Shown here piece after piece: positions 10,116 through 21,368 of a stretch of DNA of 26,138 bases. Within the stretch, counting starts at the first letter, position 1. Each line of letters starts with the position of its first letter. The notes under the pieces were generated by a model. The model had not been told where the DNA came from. It saw only the letters and a program-made list of their open reading frames with translations, and did no database searches. Source of the DNA: a virus. Its lineage: Duplodnaviria; Caudoviricetes. Where the stretch lies: IMG/VR virus record IMGVR_UViG_3300017774_003992, positions 1 to 26,138 of that record; one strand, given 5' to 3'. The translations under genes were made by a program, and so were the position numbers.

Positions 10116-13100
10116 TTAAATTACTTTCACTGGCATTGGTATTTGTGCTTCTACAGGTATCTGAGATGGGCTAGTATTTAATAATAGTCCCTTGTTATAT
10201 ACCTTAGCGAGACCATTAATAACGAGTTCCCAGTTAAGCGTCAATGGAGAACCATCATCATAGTACTCGTCCCAACCATTCATTGGCCATTCTGAAGCTT
10301 TTTCGTATACCTTTAATGTTACTAACAGTGATACTAAAATAGAAAATATTGTTTCTTTATCCCAATCTTGAGATATACTTTTAAGTGGATCAGAATCACC
10401 TGTTGATTTAAATACTCTCTTTAATGTTCCTGGTTTTTCTTTTGTTCCCGCTATATTCTTAAGGCTATTGTAAATGTCTCCAAAGTATCTATAATATATT
10501 GACTTGTCATAAATTGAACTACTTATTTCTTTTGTTACTTTTTCTTCAAATCCATTTCCTATATTTATATGCTTTTTAAATACTTCTCTAACCTGATCGA
10601 CTATTTTGGAGTATTCAGAGTCATCTGTCTTATAGAAAATAGTAGCCATATATCTATCTTCGCCTGTCCATCCTTGTTTTTTTATGGATTTGGCATAATT
10701 GCCTTTAACATTTTGTGATGCGCCTGCTTCTAAATCATCTTCAGTTAATATGACATTCTTCCCGGTCAAGTCAGGATTAATTCTCAATACTATCAACCTT
10801 CCAACAACTGCTTCTGCTGTAAACTGTAATGCTTTTCCTCCAGAAGTACTTGGATTATAGGTTACGGCGTTGGAGTTAGGTGTTGCGCCATAAAAATAAA
10901 ATGTAGATGAATTACCAAAATCTACAATCTGGTCTCCTGTGCCATTGAGTATTCCGTTGAATCCAGTCTCTGCTAATTCACCTGTGTCTAGTCCATCAAA
11001 TCTAACTCTAAAACTTTTATTAGTAATGTCTCTGTCGCTCAATACATCAACGATATCAAGGGTATCACCGTCAATCACTCTTGTAACCATGCCAACTACT
11101 CTAAATGATTGAGTTAATCCAGTTTTTTCAGGACCAATTCCAGAATACTTTAACATCTCTGCATTAACAATTGCATTTTCTAAGCTTATGTGTCTTACTA
11201 GATTGGCAATTTCTTTTTCTTTCCAGCCTATACTCTTGAAGAGGTCATCACTTCTGATGTGAGTGTAGCCATCTTTTGTTCTTGTGTTAGTTCTTGTTCC
11301 CATTAATGTAGGAAGTAATTTTGTAGAAGCGTATTTTCCAACAACCATTCCTTGATTATACGAAAGCCCTGCATCCATTGGTTGACCGTTCCTGTTCAGA
11401 TACTGAACATAGCATCCGTGCTGATCTAAGACGTTATCTCTTGTCCACTTCCATGCAGACCAGGCAAGGTCTGAAGCTATGGCTCCAAGACTAACAACTG
11501 CTCCTACTCCAACTGGACCCAATGGGATTGCTGCAACTGCTGCTATCGTAGTTACTAGTGGAGCTGCTACTGATATTGTAATAGCAGCTGCTAAACTTCC
11601 ATCTTTTACTCCTGTGTTATTCTTAATCTGAGCTTTAAGCTGACTAGCAACGTCGGGAAGAGCATCTGCAGCTGCATTCGCTGCAATGTCTTTTAGCAAC
11701 GCTGAGTGACCATGAGTGTACATTAGTCCACCAACTAACTGTGGTTGCAAAGCCTGAGACAAGTCATCCAATGATATTGTTCCATCTGATTGAACTAATG
11801 AATTTCTTGAACTAGTAGACATAAGAAGTTTAGTATCATTTCTTATATTCTGCATGTTAAAGTGAGCAGATACCCAAGATGACATAAACCATCTTGCTGG
11901 ATCATTTACCGTAACAAACGCATTAGGCGTTATTGAAGTAACAAAACCCATCTCTGGAGTAAAGTGATGAACAACTTGTTCTACTTCAAATATTCCATAC
12001 ATTCTTTCATACACATCAGCCAGATAGACTAGGTCGTGTGGTCTTATGTCTGGATTTCCAACTACTGTTATTTCCCCATTGTATACATCTTTAATAGATT
12101 CCTTTAGATGCGATAGACCTATTCTTCTTGCAGTAAGCTCATCAGGTTCTCCCGTTGCTGCTTTTGTTATGCCTCTTACGGTCTCCATTGGATGAAAGAA
12201 CGGATGAACAATACCAAAGAATCCAGATCCTCTTGCATTGTCAAAATAAATTCCTGTCTCAACAGTTTTTTCAACCTGTCTTTCAGGTGGTGCTGCTTTA
12301 TCGAGAGCAACCGTTACAGGGTACTGACCGTCTGACACTGCTGTAATTTGTGTTGCAACGCCTGAAAGATTTTCTTCTATAGCGTTTGTTAATATATGAC
12401 TAAAAGAACTTATGTAGTGTACCTTTTGAAATGGTTCTCTGATCTCTACAACAGGCTCTCCATACTCTCTTGTAAATGGATTGTCTACAGCCCTTAATAG
12501 AGTGCCGGGTCTTCCAAGAGAGTAGTATAGAGAGTCATTATATGCTTTGTTTAATATGTTAGCTTGACGAGTAGCGTCGTTTGACTTACTTAAACCTTGC
12601 CCTAGCTGCATCATGGACATTCTAAACATGTTTGCTAAAGCGCTAAGAGAAGAACCGAATGCAGTAAATATAGGTCCAATATTCTTATCCCAAAAATTAT
12701 CAACATCTTCTACAGCACCTGAAAACCAGCTTGTAGCACTGTTTCCCTCTGAAACATTAGCGGATAAGAATCCTTTCCACTTTTGATCCGTCTTAGATAT
12801 TGTGCTGTTAAAGTCAATAAAAGCTTGAAATGCTTTGTCTACTGGACTAAAGCTCCATGCGTCTGTTTCTTTATCGTCTCCAAATACCCATCTTTTTCTA
12901 TTCGGCTTAAGAACAAGCCATGCTCTAGAATAAGGGTCTGCCCATAATCTCTGTCTAAACAGACCAACTAGCAATAGGAATAATTGTTTTGGAGTTTTTA
13001 TATTAGCTAAATATTGTTCCGAGATTGTCATTGCATCTGCATTGAGTGCTTCTTGTTCTAGGTTTTCTCCGTCTGATTGTGTAACGTTAAGTATTTTAAT

Positions 13101-16100
13101 ATTATCTTTAATTATATCTTTAATAAATTTAGCTCTTTGCTCAATAGACTTATTAAATAAATCTACAACGCCCTTATCTGCACTTATCTTAATTCCTCTT
13201 GTTCCATCTACATTCTGAAAACCATCAAACCCATTGTCAACATATTCATCAACTGCTTGACCTATTGTGCTATTCTTCGTGTTTGTTACTGAGTCATTGG
13301 CTAGCCAGTCTGCTCCTAGTAAAGAAGTGAATTCATTGCTTGAGTTTTTGTCGGCAAAAAATTCGTCAATTATTAAAGTTGCACCTTTTTGAGTAAACAT
13401 TTCAATAAGAGGATTTCCCTGTGTGTCATCATCGGGATCCATAGAATACATCTGAGCAAAAATAGATTTAACAGAGCCGTAAGTGTGATAGCCCCATCTA
13501 AATTGATCCCAAATATCTTCTGCTTGCTTTAAATTTCTTCCATTGCCAGCTATTACTTTTATTTGTCCGTCAAAAGTTTCATCATAAAAACCTCTTGCTA
13601 TTACAGATATTGGATCAATAGGATCGTATACCGACTTAAAGCTATCTGTATTTTCTCTTTGATCATAAAGTTTATCCTCTTCAAGATCCTTAAGATTTTC
13701 TAAATTTAACTTACCTGCTTCATCTGTAGTTCCTTTTATAGTGCTAAAATATTCTGAGTAGTTTCCTCCAGCTACTAAAGTATCTATATATTCTTGTTTG
13801 TCTAAAAGTTTAATTGTACCAGGACTTTGATATGTAGAATTTGGCTGTACTCCATTACGTTTAGCTATTCGACCATCTGGAAGAAAAGGACTTTCAGCAA
13901 AGACATAATTTTCTTTAGGTTCCGTTCCAGTATATGTTTCATCTACTGTAAAGTTTCCAAACCCAACAACAAACTCTTCTGAAGTTCCAGCAATTGCATC
14001 TTCTTTATTTTTAAAGAATTTGGTTGCAGGATTGAAAGTACTTGTAACTACACCAAGTGGAGTGTCATCGTGAACAAACGTATACATTAAACTTGGAAGA
14101 CTAGTTTCTGCCATTGCTAAAGCTTCCCATGAATTCTCTTGATGCATGGGTGCATCTTGACTGTTCTCTGAACTTCTCCAGTCTTCTGGATAATTTTCTT
14201 GTAAACCGTTTATTTGTCCCTCACCATTAATTAGCATTCCAAGGTAAAATGCCGCATCGGGAGAAACAATTGCTTCTATTTTTCCGCCACCATCAGGGTC
14301 TGATTCGCCCCATAGGAAATAAGCTGGGGAACATACGACTGCTTTTTGTAGAACTGGATTATATACAAGAACTTTTCTTACCTTATAATCATTTACTCCT
14401 CCAGTTAAGTCAAAAGAATTTAATCCGTAATCATTTTTAAACTGATTAACTGCTGCACTCTTCTTCTCATCACTAACATTTTTATAAACATCGGCAGTTC
14501 TATCTGCCATAATATCATACGGCCATTTCATCGCTATATAAAACTGTTCTTGTTCTGCTGTTTCTGGCATTCCCCATTCACTAAAATCTAAATCTAGGCC
14601 TGAATATTCTAATTGCCTATCATAAGCAAAGTCTGGAGCAGAAAAAATTTCTTTTGCATTTTCTTTAAACTCATATTTTCCGTTAACTTCTATTAAGTCA
14701 AAATCGCCACCACTATAAATTCTAGGAAGTGGCATTTCTATATACTGAGAAGCTACAAGGCCACTAATTCCATCTTTAATACTTATACCTGATGGATCAT
14801 AAGCAGCTGTTCCAGCTAGCTGAGGAGTGTCATTTACTAAAGATATAGCACTAGCAAAGCTAAAGTTTTCATTTAAAACATATTCTTCATTTTGACCTTT
14901 TGAAACCAGTTTTGTTTTTCCATCTTTAACATTAATAATTTGTTTTTCTAATCTAGCTAACTCAACTACGTTATGAATTTTTTCTTCAAAGTCTTCATAC
15001 TTAGTTTGGTTTTTGAGTATTCTATCAAAGTCAAGCGAAGGTAAAGCTCCAGAAATTCTGTTTGTAAAAAATGGATAAGTAAATCTTAAAGGAAGGTTAG
15101 GTATTTGCTTATGCTCTTCCTGTACTGTAAATCTTATTGTGTCTTTAGCTCCAAATGGTAGGTGAAATCCAACTTGGGCTTTTCCTTTATTCGTTGGAAG
15201 TATTGCAACGACTTTATCTTCTTTGTAGTATTTATTTCGTTCTGTATCTCCAAAATTTATTATTTTTCCGTTAAGTGCGCCACCTGCTTGGTATAACGCT
15301 TCAAAGTTTAGAGAGTCTTTTGCTGCTTTAGCAATTGAGTCTGAAATAGTTGATTCTTGCAAACTTTTAAATGCTGTTGAGTCTGCAACAGAGTTTGTTT
15401 CTTTGTTAATCTTATCCATTATTTTTGACAGTTCACTGTCTGGCAAAACGTATACAGGTGAATCAGGATTGCTATTGCCAGGAGAAGTTATTGCAAATCC
15501 AGTAGAAACTGGAACAACTCCAGAGGTATAAAGCCAATGAGGTTTTCCGTAAAAAACTGTAGATCTATCTTCAAACGGTCTAACGGCAACTATATAGTTT
15601 GGCAATAGTCTTGCACAAAGTTGAAACATATCCCAAACTGATCTCATATAAGTTTGAGCCCTAAACGATACTTCATCATAAAGATCGTCGTCGGTAGTGG
15701 AAACAAGTCCCATTGTGGCAAATATGTTTGTCGTTCCTCTTCCTGCAAAAACTTTAGTCAAGCCTGATGCTCCTGCTCCTATGGAGCCAGCAGCTAAGGT
15801 TCCACCCACTAGTCCAACACCTGGTAGCAATGTAGCAACAGCAGCTGTGGCACCTATTGCAATCGCTCCACTTAATAGGGTTGTTGCTACTTTAGAGTTA
15901 GAAGAATCAACTATTTTATTTCCTATAGTTAGTGAAGATAGAGTATTAGACGCATCGTTACCCTCTTCGTCATTTGCTCTTTCTATAAGATTTGCCCATG
16001 AACTATCTGTTAATCTATTTAAATAGCTATCTTCTGTAAATTTAGTTTCATCAACTGCGGCAAGTGAAGCCCATCCATCGTCAATATCTCCACCCATAAA

Positions 16101-19100
16101 CTGACCAATGCCAATACCATTTCCTGGATATATATTTCTTTTAAATATTTCAAGGTCTCTTTGAGTACTAAAGTTGGCCCAAAGAGCACTCATTGCTCCC
16201 CAGACTGGAGCTCTATCTAATCCTGCTGCAACTGTACCGCCGGTAAGGGCGTTCATTCCTGCTCCAGCTACTTGATTCCAAGTTCCAGTAACTGGGTTTT
16301 TTGCTACAGAATTTATTCCATTAGTTACTGCATCTCTATAGTTCTGTGCCTGAATTTCTTCTCTTTTAGTCAATGGTTCATAGAGGATAGAACCAAAGTG
16401 TCTTATGCCAAATTTGTTTTCAGAGAAAACAAGACCTCTTGTTGCTAAGGCAAAACTTTCTCTAACTCTAGACGAACCCATAGATAAAAGTCTAATCATT
16501 AAGTCTCTTGGCTCAGATAGCCAAAATCCAGTGTTAACTCCTCCATCTATTTTTCCACTGTCACCTTTTTTATTTGTAGAATTTATTATAGGACTAAGCT
16601 CTATCGCATCAGATTGTGCTGTAACAGTTACTATTTCTCCCTGCGCAACAGTTGTTATAACTCCATTAAATAAAGTCTGAAGAGAGTTTGGATTGGCACC
16701 ATAGCCACCTCTAAGGTGAACTCTTACTCCTGGCTTCAACCTAATGTTTTCAATATCTGTTACATATTTAGTTTCAAAATGATTTGATAAATTTCTTGAT
16801 CTATTTAATAAAACATCTACTACAGAAGCTGTTCCTTCTGGTATGTCTGTGACTGCATCAGAAGATGAACTATTAACTATCTCTGTTAATGTTAACTCTG
16901 GTTTTGTGATTTTTGAGTAGGCGTTAGAAAGTCTAAGAAGAAGTGTGTCTCCAAGTATGTCTTCAGATTGAACAATAGAAAAATCAATTATGGATTGTAG
17001 GCCATAGAAATTATCAAACAGTTTCATTCCGTAAGAATATCCACCTTCATCAATTAGCCATAACATGTATGTTGGAAATGCTCTCAGCATTCTTCCCGAT
17101 ATATCTCTATATTGAGTATCCATCATCATTTTTTGCCAATGTTTTCCTGCCCCTTTGTAGGTTCCATTAGTACTGATTGACTCTATTTTATCTGTTTCAC
17201 CAGCACTGAATGCGTTCTGATACTGATCTAAGCTAGTCATTCCCGTTACGCCAGTATGAACATCCTGCTTATCCCTGTTTGGAACAGAGGTATCAGAAAT
17301 GACACCTGCATTCACTCCGTTGATCTTAACATTTCCTGAAGTGTCTTTAGTCATGTTTAAGCTATCGGAAGCTATGTAGAAATTTCCATCATCTTCGTTT
17401 ACATACCCAAGAATAAAACCACCATCAGGCGTTTGATATATCGCTGGTATTTTATTTAATGATGAACTGTCTGCTGCTGGTATGTACTGAACAATTCCAA
17501 AAAAGTTTGCATCATCTGGATTAAAATAAGGTAATTTACCTTCTTTTAAGTTAAAATTAGAACTGCCAACAAGATTAGTAAATGTATCCATCTGTTCTTT
17601 AGAGCCTGATACTAAGTCACCAATTCTTAATTGACCGTACTTTGTGGTGAATTTAAGATCTTCAAATGAATGCTCTTCACCAAACTGATCCACTAATCCT
17701 CCTATGAAATCTTTCCATAGAGTTGGATACTTATTAGAAAGGTTTCCGCTAGCGTTTAAGCTATCTTGTTCTACTTTAGTATCATTCTCTTCATCAAAGA
17801 TTGCATACCTAAATACCTGTATTGCAACTTCTGGTTTTAGATTTTGCTCGTTAATTAAATATTTTTTTACTTCTTCAAGCGAACCATTGTTTTGTATTAG
17901 TTTTTCTTTTACTCTATTTGCAAGAGCTTTTTGACCTTCAGTTATGCTATCGCCATCTAATGAGCTTGACATTGGAAGTGCATAAGAATTTGGATCTACA
18001 ATACTATTAACAACATCATTATCAAACATTTCAAAAGATCTAAAATAAAAATCTGGATCTAAGCATCCGACAACATTTCCACTTTCATCCTTAACTTGTA
18101 GTGGCATGTCTGGATAGCCATTAAATACTGACCAATTTTGCTTTAAGCGTAGGAATGGGTTTCTTTTTGATTTAAAATCTTCTATGAATTTTCTTTGTTG
18201 ATCAGAAGATATCTGCTCACGCTTTTGCTGATAAACGTCAAAGTCAACTAAAGTTAATTGAACACTATAAATATGAGGAAAATTAGGAATTGTATCTACG
18301 TTATAGGAAAGCGGCATTGCATACTTAATTCCACATAGTGCTGTAACTATATTCTTAATACCTAAGAATCCTATAACTCCAGCTGCATGTTCCAGTCTAG
18401 CTAGTCCACTTATAAAGTCAAAAGTTTTTTTAAGCTTAGTTAATTCTTTTTCTCCAAATACAGTGATTGATATATTTATGTATGAATCTTTCCCACCTAT
18501 ATGCTGGTAGGTAGGTTCATCTTGCATTTGCAGTTGCATCTTTGCTAAGTTATTTCCAAGAGTAACGTTAACAGCATTAACTATAACTGACTTGTCATCT
18601 AAGTCGACCTGAAGCATGGGTACATCCCATTCTTTAAATGAGAATGATCCTGATCTATTTCTTGCTGCTTCTAAAAGAGAAATTATATCTGAGTTACTAA
18701 AGAATCTCTCATACAAAGAAAGATTAAACTGATCAACAAAAGGTTTTTCTACTTCCTCTTTATATCTTAGCCATTCTTCATTACTTCTTTTATTTTGGTC
18801 AGTAAAATCTACTTTATTTAATTTAGCTAATTTATCTGTCTCTGTTTCAATAGCATATTGCAAAGCGCCTTTTGCACTATTTGTTGCTGTATATAAGGCG
18901 TTCTTACCAGCAAGAACAATGGCATTTGTTTCTGAGCTTCCAGATGTTGGAAGCACTAATTCCCAAGATGGTTTTGGATTTTTTAAATATTCAATTTGAT
19001 CTTTATTAGAAATATTTTGTTTAGCTATAAACTCTAAGGCTAATGATATATACACCTTGTCTTTGATATTACTAGAGGATGCTCCTGCAATAGCTATGTC

Positions 19101-20896
19101 AACAACTTTTTTAATTCTATTTTTCTTACTTGCTGGAATAGATGTGTTTCTTGAAGTTTCTAAAACAGAGTCTAAATCCCTGTGATAACCAGATGATTCA
19201 TTTATATCAAGACCTATGCTTTTTAGTATTCCTTCCCAGAAACCATTTCCAACATCTGTTCTAGCAACTTCTTCTGGTGTTCTAAATGTGGATTCATCTG
19301 GAGTATAAATCTTGCTTTGTATTTTTGCTGGTACATATAAAGTTAAGTTTTTTCCATCTTGCCATGTTTTATATATGTTAGTTGTTAAACTTGTACTTTG
19401 TTCTAACTCTTTTATTCGGGCTGCTTCTTTTTTGTCTATAGCAGCTTCTGCAACTCTTTGATTGGTGTATTGGCCATCAATTGTAGCTAACTTATTGCCA
19501 TCAGCTGTAGTCGCTTCTTTGGCTGCTGCTTCATCTACATCTTTTTGCAGAACAAACTCTTCACTAATGTAGTTGTACATAGCGCCTGCAGCCTTGCCCA
19601 TGTACTGCCTAAAATGGCCCCATTTAACTGCTTGATTAAAATCTTTAATCATAGGAAGGAATGGTTTGTGATTAAAATTTAATAGTTCTAAATCAACCAC
19701 AAGTGCAAATGGATAGTCTGGCACTGTAGAAACGTTCATCGAAGATAATGCTACTCCAGTAATTCCATGAACTGAATTAAGATAATGATTTTTTATAGGA
19801 AGGATTGGAGCATACTTAAATGCTGCAACAAGACCTCTTAGTGAAGATAGGAATTTGTCAATCTTTGCTTCATCTCCAGTAGTACTAAAGTCTAACTTAA
19901 AATCAGAATTCAATACAATCTTTGATGCATCGTCGATAGACATTCCCCATATCTCTTCATAGTTAGGGAAGTATAACTTTAAGTTAATTGTAGTTTCTCT
20001 ATAACCAGAATTAAATTTTGGAGAAGACTTCTGTCTAATTGCGCCACCCGTTAAACTGCCTGTTTTAAAAGCTGTATTAACTGATATTGAAACTGGTGGA
20101 ACATAAAAATTTGCACCGCCTAATCTTAGATGAAATACATCAGGAGTAGCTGGAGGAGTGTCTGAAGGTAAGCCTATTTTTTTAATAGCTTTTTCTAGAT
20201 TAATCCCAGTCATAAAGTTTTGCATAGCCCAAGATGCCTGAAATGCTGCAGTACCGTCTTTGTTTTTACCAAAGCTTTCAAACATCTCTTTTAATATAAG
20301 TGTTTGATTATTTAGATCATCATCTTCAGTGTGATTATAGTCTGCAGTTGCAGCTAATGCCGTTATAAATAGGTTAGCAAGATTTGGGAAAGATCTGTAT
20401 ATTACAGCTAGTGAGATTGGATCTGTTTGAAAGAAGTTCTTTACTTCTATGAGTCTAGTTAGCCACTTAGTATCTCTAGTTGGATCATTGATGTCTTTTG
20501 ATGTTGCCCTGAGAGTATCTCTTGATGCAAATTTTAAACGAGAGAATTCTCTCATTCCACCAATTTCTTCTATAAGTCCGAAGAAGACCAGAGTTTTTAA
20601 TTTGCTCTAGTACATTTGCTCTGTATTTGAGGTCAAGTTTTGCAGCACTTTGTGTCGATTTAAATAGGTCATAAATTGTGACTCCACTTATTCCATTTTT
20701 ACCACTATAGGGTGAAGCTAGAGCCTTAGCGTATGAATCATCAAATGCATTAGCAAAACTACTAAATATACTATCGGCTTCACTTGGCCCGTAGTGGTGC
20801 TAATGGATTAACAATTGTTTTACCCAAGTAGTAGTCAAAGTGAATTAATGGAGAGTTATCTTGAGTATCTTGAGTTGTTGGAGGTGCTTCAGCCAT
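10116..20896 (-). CDS. Giant baseplate-hub multidomain virion protein (about 3592 aa with two +1 frameshifts; 3479 aa from the internal ATG at 20555) with C-terminal SNase-like nuclease domain
   Basis: Hub-type motifs LKPGVRVHLRGGYG...LFNGVITTV (~16615-16745) and GEITVVGNPDIRPHDLVYL...GIFEVEQVVHHFTPEMGFVTSIT (~11925-12085). SNase motifs VTRVIDGDT, RVRFDGLDTGEL and LNWELVINGLAKVY (~10199-11100). The inferred true ATG at 20896 lies 1 nt after the upstream stop. Confidence 0.8.
20577..20580 (-). other. +1 frameshift site C (CTT-CGGA-CTT)
   Basis: In-frame CGG at 20580-20578. Skipping the C gives ...QIKNSGLL-GLIEEIGG-MREF, joining the 3479-aa frame. The permissible window between stops is 20488-20606. 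Confidence 0.7.
20788..20791 (-). other. +1 frameshift site D (CTA-CGGG-CCA)
   Basis: In-frame CGG at 20791-20789 is codon 36 from ATG 20896. The 0-frame stop is at 20782-20780 and the +1-frame stop at 20802-20800, giving a 17-nt window. Confidence 0.75.
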
Positions 20897-20897
20897 A

Positions 20898-21359
20898 TTA
20901 CTTTAACAATTTCTCTACTTCTAATTTTGAATTCATTTTATGAGCGGAACTATTCATAGCAGTTATAGAACCATACCTTTGTATATTACCACCTTTTTTA
21001 AAGCCAGTAAAGCTATTCTTGGTATTAACTCCTTGAAATGTTTCTTTTGGTTTAAACCTAGCTGTTTGGATAGCTTGGTTTGCATAACCAATTCCATTTG
21101 GCTGAAGCAGGGCTGAAGGGGCATGCATTAAACCTTCGCTAGAACCCATGACTAAGTCTGAAGGGGATGACCTTACTTCTGAAGATGTACCACTAACTAC
21201 TTGGTCTTGTCCTGCTGCTGCCGAAGCAGTAGAAGATTTTTTACTGGTTGATATCTTTGCAGCCATCTTATTTCCAGTTATTGTTTTAGCAGCTGATGGC
21301 GGTCTGTCTTTAGCGGAATTGGCTAGAGTCTTATTCTGATTGTTTGCACCAAATATCAT
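20898..21359 (-). CDS. Hypothetical 153-aa basic, Ser/Ala/Lys-rich, probably disordered protein
   Basis: It fills the space between two giant genes with 9-nt and 1-nt spacers on the same strand. No recognisable motif. Confidence 0.7.
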   Translation of the reverse strand: MIFGANNQNKTLANSAKDRPPSAAKTITGNKMAAKISTSKKSSTASAAAGQDQVVSGTSSEVRSSPSDLVMGSSEGLMHAPSALLQPNGIGYANQAIQTARFKPKETFQGVNTKNSFTGFKKGGNIQRYGSITAMNSSAHKMNSKLEVEKLLK

Positions 21360-21368
21360 AGTTATACT

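Noticed and set aside
3616-20800. Stop-codon reassignment or classical -1 slippery-heptamer frameshifting as the explanation for the breaks
   Set aside because: The continuations are in the +1 frame rather than the same frame, TAA, TAG and TGA all terminate genes here, and no X-XXY-YYZ heptamer or shared homopolymer lies at the sites.
20858-20875. 9-nt tandem repeat ATCTTGAGT x2
   Set aside because: It encodes TQD-TQD in the inferred N-terminal extension; a trivial in-frame duplication, not a regulatory repeat.
3616-20896. Interpreting the broken genes as pseudogenes of a decaying prophage
   Set aside because: There are no in-frame nonsense mutations or deletions, all four lesions are the same +1 type at the same motif, and very long ORFs remain intact.
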